Origin: Nitrososphaeria archaeon
Lineage (GTDB): Archaea > Thermoproteota > Nitrososphaeria > JACIWG01
Assembly: GCA_963752255.1 (NCBI GenBank)
Contig: CAVVXT010000019.1
Coordinates: forward strand, 544,635 to 608,634
Direction: 5' to 3'
Length of the DNA: 64,000 nucleotides
Under the pieces are notes generated by a model. That model did not search any database. It was not told where the DNA came from and saw only the letters and a program-made list of their open reading frames with translations. Shown here in pieces: positions 29,212-40,145 of this stretch. The translations under genes were made by a program, and so were the position numbers. Every line of letters starts with the position of its first letter. Position 1 is the stretch's first letter.

Positions 29212-30207
29212 ATGGAAAAAGAACAAATCTGTCTTGGTATAGAGTCTACGGCCCACACCTTTTCAGTGGCAATAATATCGAATGACAGAATAATTTCGAA
29301 TGAAAAGGATACCTATGTACCCCCCATAGGCGAAGGAATTCATCCATATGAGGCAGCACAACACCATGTTAGGGTAGCTAGAAGAGTCTTACAGAATGCA
29401 CTTGAAAAGAGTGGAAAACGTGTAGAAGATGTAGACGTCATAGCATATTCAGCAGGGCCAGGCTTAGGCCCATGTCTAAGAGTAGGAGCGGTCGTGGCGA
29501 GAAGCCTTGCCGCCTACTATGATAAACCTTTGACAGCTGTCAATCACGCGATAGGGCACATCGAATTGGCGAACTTCTTTGCGAAATCAAGAGATCCTGT
29601 AATAGTCTTGGTTTCAGGAGGACACACGCTAGTTTCAACGTACCTAGTAAAAAGATGGAGGATATTTGGAGAAACGTTAGATATCACTTTAGGGCAGCTA
29701 TTTGATCAACTCGGACGCGAGCTTGGTTATAATTCCCCGGCAGGAAAGCGTATTGAAGTTTTAGCGAGCCAAAGTAAGAACTACTTAGAAATGCCATATA
29801 CGGTTAAGGGCAACGATGTTTCTTATTCCGGTCTATTAACATACGCAAAAAATTTGATCAAGAAAGGAAGCCGGATAGAAGATGTTTGCTTCTCAGTTCA
29901 AGAAACAGCTTTTGCAATGCTAACAGAGGTAACCGAAAGGCTACTTGCGTTCTCAGAAAAAAATGAAATAATATTAACCGGTGGGGTCGCTGCAAACAGA
30001 AGACTCCAAGATATGATAAAAGGTTTGAGTGAAGTACACAGCTCAAGTTTCTCTGCAATACCAAAGGAATTTAGCGGTGATTGTGGAGCCCAAATTTCGT
30101 TAGTAGGGCTACTGCAATATCGATCTAACAATTTGATAAGTATTGACAGGAGCCAAGTAAGACAGTCATGGAGGATAGATGAGGTTGATGTAACTTGGAG
30201 AGACTAG
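29212..30207 (+). CDS. kae1: KEOPS Kae1 (t6A synthesis)
   Basis: LGIESTAHT, GPGLGPCL, HAIGH, VSGGHT, GETLD. Confidence 0.95.
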   Translation: MEKEQICLGIESTAHTFSVAIISNDRIISNEKDTYVPPIGEGIHPYEAAQHHVRVARRVLQNALEKSGKRVEDVDVIAYSAGPGLGPCLRVGAVVARSLAAYYDKPLTAVNHAIGHIELANFFAKSRDPVIVLVSGGHTLVSTYLVKRWRIFGETLDITLGQLFDQLGRELGYNSPAGKRIEVLASQSKNYLEMPYTVKGNDVSYSGLLTYAKNLIKKGSRIEDVCFSVQETAFAMLTEVTERLLAFSEKNEIILTGGVAANRRLQDMIKGLSEVHSSSFSAIPKEFSGDCGAQISLVGLLQYRSNNLISIDRSQVRQSWRIDEVDVTWRD

Positions 30208-30821
30208 TTAGGATGGGTGCTGAAGCTAACATATACCTTGACCACTGGGGTGGATCAGAAGTAATTAGAAAGGTGAGAAGACCTAAACCTTATTGGAGAG
30301 AGGAATTAGACAAGAAGCTAAGAAGGGTTAGAACAATAAGGGAAGCGGAGTTCATCTCCACCGTTAAGAAGTACGGCGTTCTAACGCCCACTATTTATTT
30401 TGTAGACCCTTTTAAGGGAGAGATAATTATGGAATACATAAATGGTGAAAGGGTTAAAGACTTGCTAAAGAAGGACACTCAAAAAGGGTACAGCATGCTC
30501 TACGAGGCAGGCAAAGACCTTGCGTGTATGCATGCCCATAATGTCATACACGGTGATCCAACAACTTCAAACTTTATTGTTAGGGAAGATAAACTCTATT
30601 TCATAGACTTTGGACTTGCTTTTCATTCCCTAAGGCTTGAAGACAAGGCGGTTGACCTTCATCTGTTAAAACAGGTCATGAAAAGCGCACATTCAGAATT
30701 TTATGAAACTGGATACCAAAAAATTTTAACGGGATATGGCAGCGTGTTCACGTCGCTTAAAGAAATTCTAGAGAACGTTAAAGAAATCGAGATGAGAGGA
30801 CGATATGCGGCCCCTGATTAA
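30195..30821 (+). CDS. bud32: KEOPS kinase Bud32
   Basis: GAEA, HGDPTTSN, IDFGL, EDKAVDL. Confidence 0.95.
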   Translation: MERLVRMGAEANIYLDHWGGSEVIRKVRRPKPYWREELDKKLRRVRTIREAEFISTVKKYGVLTPTIYFVDPFKGEIIMEYINGERVKDLLKKDTQKGYSMLYEAGKDLACMHAHNVIHGDPTTSNFIVREDKLYFIDFGLAFHSLRLEDKAVDLHLLKQVMKSAHSEFYETGYQKILTGYGSVFTSLKEILENVKEIEMRGRYAAPD

Positions 30822-31374
30822 AATATTTTTTGCAACAAAAAACAAAAATAAAATTTATGAGGCAAGACAGATACTTTCAAAATTTGGGATAAAAGTAGAA
30901 CCGGTGTACACTGAAAAAGTAGAATTGCAGGCTGAAAAACTTGAAGAAATAGTCGTCTATGCGCTGAAGCAAATCAAAAAACAGAATAGAATTGTTGTCA
31001 TCGAAGATTCAGGCCTGTTTATTGACAAGTTAAATGGTTTTCCAGGACCCTACTCTTCTTTTGTCTTCAAAAAAATCGGATGTGATGGAATTTTGAGGCT
31101 AATTGCAAACGAACAGGTCAGAAAAGCGGAATTTATTTCGGTAGTAGGCTACAAATATGGAGGAAGAAAAATGCTCTTTAAAGAAGAAACAGCTGGGACA
31201 ATATCAAACATTAAAGTTGGGAAATCAGGATTCGGGTTCGATCCAATATTTATTCCGGAAGGAAATGTGAAGACTTTCGCTCAAATGAGTTTATTTGAGA
31301 AGAACCAACTCTCACACCGAGGAAAAGCATTCAGGGCGCTAGGAGAATGGTTACAAAAGACAAAATATATTTAA
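30805..31374 (+). CDS. Non-canonical purine NTP pyrophosphatase (RdgB/HAM1)
   Basis: EDSGL, GFPGPYS, GFGFDPIF, SHRGKA. Confidence 0.95.
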   Translation: MRPLIKIFFATKNKNKIYEARQILSKFGIKVEPVYTEKVELQAEKLEEIVVYALKQIKKQNRIVVIEDSGLFIDKLNGFPGPYSSFVFKKIGCDGILRLIANEQVRKAEFISVVGYKYGGRKMLFKEETAGTISNIKVGKSGFGFDPIFIPEGNVKTFAQMSLFEKNQLSHRGKAFRALGEWLQKTKYI

Positions 31375-31402
31375 AGCATAAAAGTAGAGAGTGTGTTCGC
31401 AC

Positions 31403-31852
31403 ATGACAAGACAATATTCCCATAAAAAGGGAAAATCACATTCTACTAGACCAGTTTACAAACTTAGCCCCCAATGGGTCACATACACGCCCGAAGAAGT
31501 AGCTTCTTTGATAATTAAAATGGCTACCGATGAGATAGTACCTAGTAGGATAGGGATCAAGTTAAGGGATGAATATGGTATACCTCTCCAGAAACAAATA
31601 ACAGGAAAGACTATAACAGAGATTTTAAAAGAAAATAATATTATACCTAAAACGCCCCCTGATCTAGAAAATCTAATCAGGAAAGCTATGAAATTACAGG
31701 AGCATCTTAAAACGCACAAAAAGGATGGAAAGAATGTTAGGTCAATGGAACTTGCAGAAGCTAGAATACACAGACTTTCAAAATACTATAAAGAAAAAGG
31801 ATTACTAGATAAAAGTTGGAGATATAAAACTATAATAGCTCAACTCGAATAA
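31403..31852 (+). CDS. rps15: 30S ribosomal protein S15 (uS15)
   Basis: KGKSHSTRP, IGIKLRDEYGIP, EARIHRLSKYY. Confidence 0.95.
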   Translation: MTRQYSHKKGKSHSTRPVYKLSPQWVTYTPEEVASLIIKMATDEIVPSRIGIKLRDEYGIPLQKQITGKTITEILKENNIIPKTPPDLENLIRKAMKLQEHLKTHKKDGKNVRSMELAEARIHRLSKYYKEKGLLDKSWRYKTIIAQLE

Positions 31853-31862
31853 GGCCAAATAT

Positions 31863-33269
31863 ATGGGGCTTAAAGAATTCAGAGAAAAAGCAGAAGGTAT
31901 TTCTGAATTCATCGAAGGAGTTATCGACGCAAGAAAACAGATAATTGTTATATGCCATCTTGATGCAGATGGTTTGACGGCAGGAAGCATTATTGGAAAA
32001 AGTATATTCAAAGAAGATGGGAAAGCCATCATAAGAGCTGTCAACGATCTCAGCCCAAATGTTATCTTTAATCTAAAAAAGGAAGAATATGACTTTTATA
32101 TTTTCACAGATATCGGAATGGGACAAGTCAGCATTTTAGATAAAGAACTTGATGATAGGTGGATGATCCTTGATCACCATCAAAGTTCTAAGGATGAGAT
32201 AGAGCATGCTAGAGTTCTAAACCCCCATGAATTTGAAATAGATGGGGGAACTGAAATCTCCGGCTCAGGGGTCGCTTATGTCGTAGCCAAGAAAATGAAC
32301 AGTTCTAACAGAGAGCTTTCAGCGATATCAGTTGTAGGAGCACTTGGAGATAGACAAGATCAGGGACCATCAAAAAGCCTTATAGGAATAAATCAAAAAG
32401 TTCCCTTAAAGGACGCTAAGGATATAGGGTTAATAAAAGAAGAAAAGGATCTCATATTCTATGGACGGGAAACGAAACCCATCCATGAAGCAATAGCGTC
32501 TACCAATATGCCGTTTATACCCTTATTAACAGGAAATTATGATGCATGCTTAGCAGCTCTTATTTCTGCCAACTTCAAAGTAAAAGAGGGCGAAAGATGG
32601 AGAACGCTCTCTGAGCTCTCTTATGAAGAAAAGATGAAGCTAATAGAGATATTCATCCCTTACATAACTAAAGGAGGGGCTAAAAGCGATGTCGTCGAGG
32701 AACTTTTCGGTAATGTTTATACAATGCTTAAGGAGGAGGAGAGGTCAAATCTAAGAGATGCGAGAGAGTTTAGTTCACTTCTCAATGCGTGTGGCCGAAG
32801 CGGTAAAGCTGGCTCAGGAATTCTAATATGCTTAGGAGACAGAAATGAAGCGTATTCTGGAGGAGAGAAGATACTCCAAGATTACAGGAGAATGCTGACA
32901 CAGTACCTCCAAGTCATAAACACAGATCCTAAACGAATGCAAAGTGGAAAGAGAATCGTACAGGTAATCGGCGACGATCTAGTGGACGAAAAGATGCTCG
33001 GAGCGGTCTCCTCAATTCTTTCAAGCTCACTTGCATTTAAGGAGAAAATAATAATCTTGCGCACAAAGACAAAAGAGAACGACCTAAAGATTTCAGCTCG
33101 AAGAGGAGAAGCGAACAAAGATCTTAACCTAGGTCTAGTTATAAGGGAAGTTGTCAAAGAGATAGGGGGAACAGGAGGAGGACATGCAGCAGCCGCAGGA
33201 GCAAAAATACCGTTGGAGCAATATGAAAAGTTTATTGCAGAAATTGCTAAAAAGGTAGGCGATGAATAG
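31863..33269 (+). CDS. RecJ-like DHH phosphoesterase
   Basis: HLDADG, LDHH, GALGD, LLNACGR, GGGHAAAAGA. Confidence 0.9.
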   Translation: MGLKEFREKAEGISEFIEGVIDARKQIIVICHLDADGLTAGSIIGKSIFKEDGKAIIRAVNDLSPNVIFNLKKEEYDFYIFTDIGMGQVSILDKELDDRWMILDHHQSSKDEIEHARVLNPHEFEIDGGTEISGSGVAYVVAKKMNSSNRELSAISVVGALGDRQDQGPSKSLIGINQKVPLKDAKDIGLIKEEKDLIFYGRETKPIHEAIASTNMPFIPLLTGNYDACLAALISANFKVKEGERWRTLSELSYEEKMKLIEIFIPYITKGGAKSDVVEELFGNVYTMLKEEERSNLRDAREFSSLLNACGRSGKAGSGILICLGDRNEAYSGGEKILQDYRRMLTQYLQVINTDPKRMQSGKRIVQVIGDDLVDEKMLGAVSSILSSSLAFKEKIIILRTKTKENDLKISARRGEANKDLNLGLVIREVVKEIGGTGGGHAAAAGAKIPLEQYEKFIAEIAKKVGDE

Positions 33270-33528
33270 AATAACCTTAAACTTAACATTTGAGTCAGAA
33301 AATAAGAAGATTGTCTCAGCCGTCTTTAATGCTTTAAAACCGGATAATGTGAACGTTCCAAAGGAAATGTCTTTCAAGTTTGATTTTATAGGAAACAAGA
33401 TAGTGTTAATAGTGTCCTCTGAAGAAGGTTACGGAACATTAATATCCACTGTTCGTGAGGTTCTCGATAGCATAGGTTTATGTGTACAAGCATTAATGGT
33501 GGGCAACGATGGTAAAAATAAGAATTAA
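33262..33528 (+). CDS. pcc1: KEOPS subunit Pcc1
   Basis: ALKPDN motif, small size, conserved position after the RecJ-like gene. Confidence 0.75.
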   Translation: MNRITLNLTFESENKKIVSAVFNALKPDNVNVPKEMSFKFDFIGNKIVLIVSSEEGYGTLISTVREVLDSIGLCVQALMVGNDGKNKN

Positions 33529-35032
33529 CGTCGAGGGATATTTTATCCTTAGCAAAGCACAGAAGGATATTAACAAAGTTATAGAAGAAAGTGTAGAAGA
33601 AGCTAAGTTAGCTTTGCTTAAGGGATCAGAAAGAGATCCTGATAACGCATGCTATTTGAACGATTGGAATGTTAATGGAAATATTTTGAATGTTAATCTT
33701 ACATCAGGAAACCTTGTAAGAGCACATGTAGGCATGCTTAGGCTTAAAAAGGTCTTCGCCAAGAATCTTGGAGAAAAACTTAGAATAGGGATTAGGGATG
33801 TAGGGACAAAGAAATTTGAAATCATTCTTGACCAGAAAATGGACGATGTATCAATAAACAAAATAAAATCCATCCCCAAAGTTTCAGCTGCGCTTCCAGA
33901 TAAAGAGAAAACGATAATTGAACTGCAACCACTAGAAGAAACAGATCTCAGAGAAAATCTTGTAGATCGCCTGATAACCTTAGTGGAAGAAGTAACTAGA
34001 GAAAAACATGTCTCATACGAACAGACGCAGCCTATAGTTAAAACGTCAGAGAAAAAGGAAATGAAATTTTCTGGCGACCCTCTTATTTCAGGACTAGAGT
34101 TAGGTTGGATTGTGAACTTTCCCGGTAGAGGCCAGTTTATTTACACAAGCAAGTATGGCGCACTCTTTGAGACAATCAAGTCAATTTTGATTAAAGATAT
34201 TGAAAAGAAGCTTAAATTCAAACCTTTTCTTCTGCCAAAATTGATTCCATTTGAGGTTATGAAGAAAATGCCCGGATATTTTGACAGCATACCAGAAGGA
34301 ATGTTCTATGTTTCACCGCCTCCTAGGGAGCCAGAAGCGTTTGATAACTTTAAGCAAGAGTATAAAATCACAAAAGAAATTCCGATAGAAGAACTGAAGA
34401 AGGTCTTAAGAGATCCGGCTTATGTGTTAGCTCCGGCACAATGCGAACCTTTCTGGCAATATTACAGCGTCGCGAGGCACAATTCTTCTTCCTATCCGTT
34501 AAAGTACTATGACGCTTCAGGATATACATACAGATGGGAAGGCGGAGGTGTAGAAGGTCTAGTCCGTGTTACAGAATTTCAGCGAATAGAGCTGACCTAT
34601 GTTGGCCTACCAGAACAAATAGTTGAGATAAGAGATAAAATAGTGGAAAGAGGGATATATGTTGCTGATAAAGTATTAGATTTAGAATGGAGGATAACAG
34701 CAGCAGCCCCATTCTATGTCAAGGAATCTTCAGCTAAATTTAATCCCAATAACAGTATAGAAGTCCCGGCATATGACATAGAGATATACCTGCCATATAG
34801 GGGGCCAAGGGGGAAGTCTGAATGGCTCGAGGTGGCAGGCTGCTTTGTTCACAAAAAGAAATTCATTGAATCCTTTAAAATAAAAAGTGAAGATAACGTT
34901 GAAATATGGACTGGATGCACTGGCTTGGGTTTATCCAGATGGGTCGCTGCATTCCTTGCAGAAAAAGGTTTTAAAGAGGAAGATTGGCCAGCTTCGGTAA
35001 GAGAAAAATATCAAGAGGTCTTAGGTGAATAA
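33509..35032 (+). CDS. serS: Seryl-tRNA synthetase, methanogen-type (atypical)
   Basis: N-terminal RAHVGMLRLKK...LRIGIR domain; APAQCEPFW, YRWEGGG, RVTEFQRIE, GCTGLGLSRW (Cys/Glu/Cys Zn ligands). Confidence 0.9.
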   Translation: MVKIRINVEGYFILSKAQKDINKVIEESVEEAKLALLKGSERDPDNACYLNDWNVNGNILNVNLTSGNLVRAHVGMLRLKKVFAKNLGEKLRIGIRDVGTKKFEIILDQKMDDVSINKIKSIPKVSAALPDKEKTIIELQPLEETDLRENLVDRLITLVEEVTREKHVSYEQTQPIVKTSEKKEMKFSGDPLISGLELGWIVNFPGRGQFIYTSKYGALFETIKSILIKDIEKKLKFKPFLLPKLIPFEVMKKMPGYFDSIPEGMFYVSPPPREPEAFDNFKQEYKITKEIPIEELKKVLRDPAYVLAPAQCEPFWQYYSVARHNSSSYPLKYYDASGYTYRWEGGGVEGLVRVTEFQRIELTYVGLPEQIVEIRDKIVERGIYVADKVLDLEWRITAAAPFYVKESSAKFNPNNSIEVPAYDIEIYLPYRGPRGKSEWLEVAGCFVHKKKFIESFKIKSEDNVEIWTGCTGLGLSRWVAAFLAEKGFKEEDWPASVREKYQEVLGE

Positions 35033-35033
35033 A

Positions 35034-35654
35034 ATGCCAAGAAAAGCGATTAAAGTAAAGGATAAGTGGAAGGAGAAGACATGGCTTCAAGTTGAAGCTC
35101 CAGCAATATTTGGGAACAAAGTGGTAGCACAGATCCCGATTATGGATACAGAGCTTGCTGCTGGAAGAATAGTAGAGACAACATTATATGACTTGGTAGG
35201 CGAGGAAGAAGAACAACATGCAATGAAGCTGAAGTTTCAAGTTAAAGAGGTACAGGGAAACTCAGCAAAAACAAACTTCAAGCAGTTTGAACTTGCAAGA
35301 GAAACCCTTAAGAGTTTAATTAGAAAGGGAACATCGATAGTTGATTTCTATAAAAATATTGAAACAAAAGATGGAGCGAAACTCAGAGTCTTTGGAATTA
35401 TTTATACTTCAACTAAGATAAACGCTTCTAGGAAGAAAGCCATAAGGAAGATAGCTGATGATATTGTGCAAGAGAAGGCAAAGAAGCTTACTTTCGGACC
35501 ATTCGTGCTGGAATCAGTTTTAGGAAAGATGGCTTCTGAAATATTTGATGGTTCAAAGAAGATAGTTAAGATACGATATACGAGCATAAGAAAGCTCAAG
35601 GTGTTAAGTTATCAAACGAACGAAGAGAAAGAATTAGCCCCTAGCCCTAGCTGA
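35034..35654 (+). CDS. rps3ae: 30S ribosomal protein S3Ae (eS1)
   Basis: KDKWKEKTW, GRIVETTLYDL, TKDG. Confidence 0.95.
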   Translation: MPRKAIKVKDKWKEKTWLQVEAPAIFGNKVVAQIPIMDTELAAGRIVETTLYDLVGEEEEQHAMKLKFQVKEVQGNSAKTNFKQFELARETLKSLIRKGTSIVDFYKNIETKDGAKLRVFGIIYTSTKINASRKKAIRKIADDIVQEKAKKLTFGPFVLESVLGKMASEIFDGSKKIVKIRYTSIRKLKVLSYQTNEEKELAPSPS

Positions 35655-36837
35655 AACAATTTTTATGACGTCACAATCGAGGAGCTCATGATCAGCGCCG
35701 ACCCTTAATCCCTTTCTTGCATCTATTGCGTAAAGGAAGCCTTCCCCCAAATCCGTGTGTATTTTATAAGCGAGATCCTTTGCCGTAGAACCTTTCTTGA
35801 TTAAATGCGCTTCTGGTAAGACGTTGCCTTTCTTATCTGATAAAGTACGCTCATCTTCAACCGGATATACCGTGATTAGCCCGAGAAGCTCTTTAAATGT
35901 GAAGTTAATTGTTTCCTGAACGCCAGTTGAACCCCATTTATCCATCACTTTTTCTTTTATCAGCTCCAAAGCTTTCTTTTGTGGATCACCGAGCTGGGAT
36001 ACAACCTTAAAGTAACCGTCGCCAGGAAGATATTCTATAAGCTTTTTATCAGCTGCACGTCTTAAAACGAGCTCAGCTTCAGCGGAACAAGGTATACACG
36101 ATCTTCCAGTCGACTTTATCTTCTCAAAGTTTAATGGAGCAGGAGAAAGATCTATTTTGTTTGCTGCAATAGTCGTTGGCTTTGCGATCCTACGAATATG
36201 CTTCACTAATTCAAGGAGATTCTGTTCAGTCCAAGTTGAAAGTTTCTTATTCATTAGACCTGTGGCTTCAATGGCAGTCAAAATGTCAGCTTTGAGTATA
36301 GACAGCCCAGACAGCTTCTGATGAATTTGGATCACGCCAGAATCAAAGTTGGATTCACTAGATTTGGAGATTTTTGACCAGTCATTCTTAAGAATATTTA
36401 ACAACCATAAATCAAGCTCATTTTCAACGAAGCGTATGTCTTCTAAAGGATCATGTAAACCTGGTGTTATCGGCCTACCTTCGATGTCTTGTTGAACCAG
36501 AAGCATCAACAACGTGAATTAGGGCGTCAGCCTGCCGTAGATCATCGAGAAACTTGTTTCCCAGACCTCTACCCGATGAGGCTCCTGGGACAAGACCAGC
36601 AACATCCATAAGCCTAACAGGAACGAGTCTAATACCGTTTACGCATACTGAATTTGTAGGGTGGTCTTGAACGCCTAGTTCTTTACATACACATTTGGTC
36701 TTAAAGTACGCAACCCCAACATTAGGGTTTATTGTTGTAAAAGGATAGTTTCCTATGGGTACGTTCAACATAGTTGCGGCGTTAAAGAAGGTGCTCTTAC
36801 CAACATTTGTTTTACCTACAACACCTACTAGCATCAT
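35634..36837 (-). CDS. ychF: YchF/Obg-family ATPase with TGS domain; +1 frameshift near 36490
   Basis: [24 protein letters not shown]; DASGST and DIEGRP join if one A is removed. Confidence 0.88.
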
Positions 36838-36878
36838 TGTATCTTGCAAACATAAAATACAAAAAGATTTAATTTAAA

Positions 36879-37130
36879 ATGTTGCAAACCGCAAATGTGG
36901 AAAAAATTGTCGTCGTAGGTGGCGGTGTAGCAAGAACCAATGCAGCGGTTGTGGCCAGAGATGAAAGCAAGAACGTCAAGATCACACTGATAGACCAGGA
37001 AGACTACGTACAGTATTCGAGGTGCGGACTACCCTATCTAATTTCAGAAGAAATAAGGGACTGGAAGGAGCTTATCAGATACGACAAAAATACACTAAGA
37101 AATATAAACAAGATAGATATCAAAATTTGA
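36879..37130 (+). pseudogene. N-terminal fragment of an FAD-dependent NADH oxidase/CoA-disulfide reductase
   Basis: KIVVVGGG and YSRCGLPY but only 83 aa, with no room for the rest before the convergent rpl10e. Confidence 0.7.
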
Positions 37131-37226
37131 TACTCATTCTTCATCAGTAGAGAATTTTTGGACCGGAATTACAATCGCTGCGCGTAATTTAATAAAAATG
37201 AAGGAAGGAAAGAAAATATAAAACAC

Positions 37227-37736
37227 TTATGCGGGAGCTATCTTCTTTAATTCAACTATGTTTACCTTAGTCGTCATGGGCAACTTAGAAGAAGCTACCT
37301 TAAGCGCTTCTCTTGCTCTTTCCTTGTTGACGTCACCAATTCTTACGATCATTATTACCCCCCCTATACCGACTCTAGCAGCCAAGCCGATAGGCTTACC
37401 AAAAGCTCTTCTCATGCCTTCCTGAAGACGATCTGCACCAGCTGTAGCAATCATCTTATTTTCTCTCAAAATAACATGAGGATAAGTTTTTAAAAGTAAA
37501 TAATAGTTTGTCTCGCCCAAGTCTGTAAGCTTCTTGTTCGCAGCAACACGAGCTGCTTCTAAAGCATTATGTCTAATTTGAATATTAGTCAATGATACGA
37601 GCTGAAACTCTAAATCATAGTCACCGCTGGCCTTTCCTTGGGAGAACTTCGCAATTTTAGACTGAGGGCACCCACCGATATATTTCTTCCTAGTGTAGGG
37701 CATTCCTGCTGAATGTCTATAATTCTTTCCCTGCAT
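37227..37736 (-). CDS. rpl10e: 50S ribosomal protein L10e (uL16)
   Basis: QIRHNALEAARV, LRENKM, GADRLQEGMRRAFGKP. Confidence 0.95.
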   Translation of the reverse strand: MQGKNYRHSAGMPYTRKKYIGGCPQSKIAKFSQGKASGDYDLEFQLVSLTNIQIRHNALEAARVAANKKLTDLGETNYYLLLKTYPHVILRENKMIATAGADRLQEGMRRAFGKPIGLAARVGIGGVIMIVRIGDVNKERAREALKVASSKLPMTTKVNIVELKKIAPA

Positions 37737-37804
37737 ATCGTTCACTTCCCCGGTTCTACACTAATATTTAAATCGTTTTGATAAATCTAGGATAAAAGGT
37801 TGGA

Positions 37805-38524
37805 GTGAGCGCGGATATGGCAGAAATCATTGTTGTAATGATAGAACCAGAAAATCAAGGCAATATAGGAGCGGTAGCAAGAAGCATGAAGAACTTTGAG
37901 TTAAGGCAGCTCTATTTAATTAACCCGAAAGATGAGATAGGAGACAACGCGAGAAAAATGGCTTCTCACGCGCAAGATGTACTTGGAAACGCAAAAATTC
38001 TAAAGAACCTTAAAGAGTTAAAGAAAGAATGTAGCCTACTATATGGTACAACAGCAATACCTGCTAAGAGACCTTCCAATTTAACCAGAAACGCTTTGAC
38101 ACCTTCAGAATTTGCATCCCTTATCCCCTCGACAGACGGAAAGATCGCAATATTATTTGGAAGAGAAAGCAGAGGATTATCAAATAGAGAACTAGACTAT
38201 TGTGACGCTGTTATTACAATTCCCGCTAATATTCTATATTCTACGTTAAACGTTTCTACTGCGGCAGCTATAATATTCTATGAGATCTATAAGAAGATAG
38301 GACGGATAACATTATCTTCTACAATCGACTTGAATACTAAAGAGAACCTTTTAAAAAGGTTTAAAGGCATAATTTCCAAAACAAACCTTCCTGACTACAA
38401 GAAAAGCATGATAGAACAAGCTTTTAAGAACACAATTGGTAAGAGTTCAATATCTAGGAAGGAGGCTGGGTTACTTCTGACAGCATTAAACAGAATAGAT
38501 ATCGAACTTACTAAGGGGAAATGA
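37805..38524 (+). CDS. TrmJ-family SPOUT RNA methyltransferase
   Basis: NIGAVARSMKNF, LFGRESRGLSN, LNVSTA. Confidence 0.9.
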   Translation: MSADMAEIIVVMIEPENQGNIGAVARSMKNFELRQLYLINPKDEIGDNARKMASHAQDVLGNAKILKNLKELKKECSLLYGTTAIPAKRPSNLTRNALTPSEFASLIPSTDGKIAILFGRESRGLSNRELDYCDAVITIPANILYSTLNVSTAAAIIFYEIYKKIGRITLSSTIDLNTKENLLKRFKGIISKTNLPDYKKSMIEQAFKNTIGKSSISRKEAGLLLTALNRIDIELTKGK

Positions 38525-38530
38525 TAGATA

Positions 38531-39623
38531 ATGTCAACTAACCTCCCTGCAAGAGCAAAGGCGCTTTGGGCAAAAGCGATGGTGTCAAAAGATCCAAAGG
38601 AGAAGCTTGAACTCCTCAGACAGTTCTACAGCTCATTTCCAAAACATAAAGCTACAGAAAGGCTTGAAATGCAGCTTAAAAGGCAGATGAAAGGACTTGA
38701 AGAGGAAATTGAAAGAAAAAAGAAGAAGCACGGAAAGGTCGTAAACATTTGGTACATAAAGAAAGGAGAGGAGCTACAGCTAGCTGTCATAGGGAGACTT
38801 AAAGAATCAATTGAATACTTTAGCAAACTTACAGGGAAGATGGTTGACCTATTTGATACGTATACCAAGCCGACCATTAGGGCAATAAAAATGGATTCAG
38901 TGCTTCTGCAAGGAATTCTGTGCCCTTTCGATAAAGAATTAAGTGAAGAAAGACAGAGGAAAATAGGTAACCTTCTAAATAATATTGACCTATTAATAAT
39001 TGTCCTCCCAGAAAGCAAGCATATACAATATTGCTCCGATGTGATTAATTGGCTTACTCAATACAACATAATTCTCTGCCTTGAAAAAGAAGGAAGTGGA
39101 GATTGAGCGGACAGGAACCGGTGGAATAAGAATAGTTGGCAAGTCAAAGTTCTGCACAGAAGATCAGATAAGACAGTTCTTGCAAGATTATAAGATAGTC
39201 AATGGAATCATAAAGGTATCAGAGGAAACCAAACTGGATGATATAGAAGCCGTGCTGTTTGGACAGATCAGTAAGCCAGCTCTTGTCCTGTGCAGAAATT
39301 CCAGACAAGAAACAGAAATAAAAGCCAATTTCAAGAACGTACCATTTATTACCTCCACATACAATAACCATTATTTTCTAGGACAAGTTCTCGAAATACT
39401 AGGTCTGATACGAATTTACACCAAAGGACATGGCTCAGAAGTCGCAGAGCGGCCAATACTCGTTGGGAAGGAGTCTAATATCTTGGAAGTAGCTAAAACA
39501 ATACATAAAGAACTTGCAGAGAATTTTATTTACGCTAAGCTATGGCGTGCTGGTGAAGAGATAAGGGTTGGACGAAATTTTATATTAAACGACAAGGATG
39601 TAGTAGAAATTAGATCAAGATGA
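38531..39623 (+). CDS. DRG/Rbg-like TGS-domain protein with degenerate G motifs; frameshift near 39085
   Basis: MSTNLP...PKHKATE N-terminus and LIRIYTK...IHKELAENF...DKDVVEI TGS domain, split over two ORFs. Confidence 0.75.
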
Positions 39624-40142
39624 TCTTCTGCAACGGAATAGATATATATCTTCAAACATAAAATGTTCTTTCATTATGATTTCGCAATCGAAATCTTTTT
39701 CTTTGATGGAATCTTTGATTTCAAGTACATCGGCCAAAGATGAAGATATGAAAAATATCGACCCGTCTGGTTTCAGAAGCTTAAATGAAGATTCAAGGAA
39801 TTTAAGGAGTACTTCGTTACCATGTCTCCCTCCATCTATCGTCTGATCAACTATTCCTTCGGAAGGAAGATAAGGTGGATTAAATATTATTGTATCAAAA
39901 TGATAATCGATAAAACAATCAGCTGAATCACAGCAAACTAGGTCAGTTCTTGGCAGTTCCTTGTGCGCTATTTGGTTTAAGGTGCTTAAGTCTATATCAC
40001 ATCCGATGTACACATTAGTTTTTTGACCTAAAATTTCAGCAGCCTTTCCAGAACCAACCCCTATCTCAAGAACTGTTCCTAAGGGTACAATCTTTTCGAT
40101 CCCCCTTATCATGAGAAAGGTGTCTTCTGAAGGGCTATACAT
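39615..40142 (-). CDS. HemK2/Mtq2-like methyltransferase
   Basis: YSPSEDTFL, LEIGVGSG, FNPPYLP, DGG. Confidence 0.88.
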   Translation of the reverse strand: MYSPSEDTFLMIRGIEKIVPLGTVLEIGVGSGKAAEILGQKTNVYIGCDIDLSTLNQIAHKELPRTDLVCCDSADCFIDYHFDTIIFNPPYLPSEGIVDQTIDGGRHGNEVLLKFLESSFKLLKPDGSIFFISSSLADVLEIKDSIKEKDFDCEIIMKEHFMFEDIYLFRCRRSS

Positions 40143-40145
40143 GTG

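Noticed and set aside
36475-36512. Break in ychF as another intron or programmed frameshift
   Set aside because: Removing one A (TCA ACA A GAC) restores DASGST-DIEG; there is no BHB or insert, so a sequencing indel is most likely
39075-39106. Frameshift in the DRG-like gene as recoding
   Set aside because: Single extra base in or next to an A run, no BHB; cannot be told from an indel error
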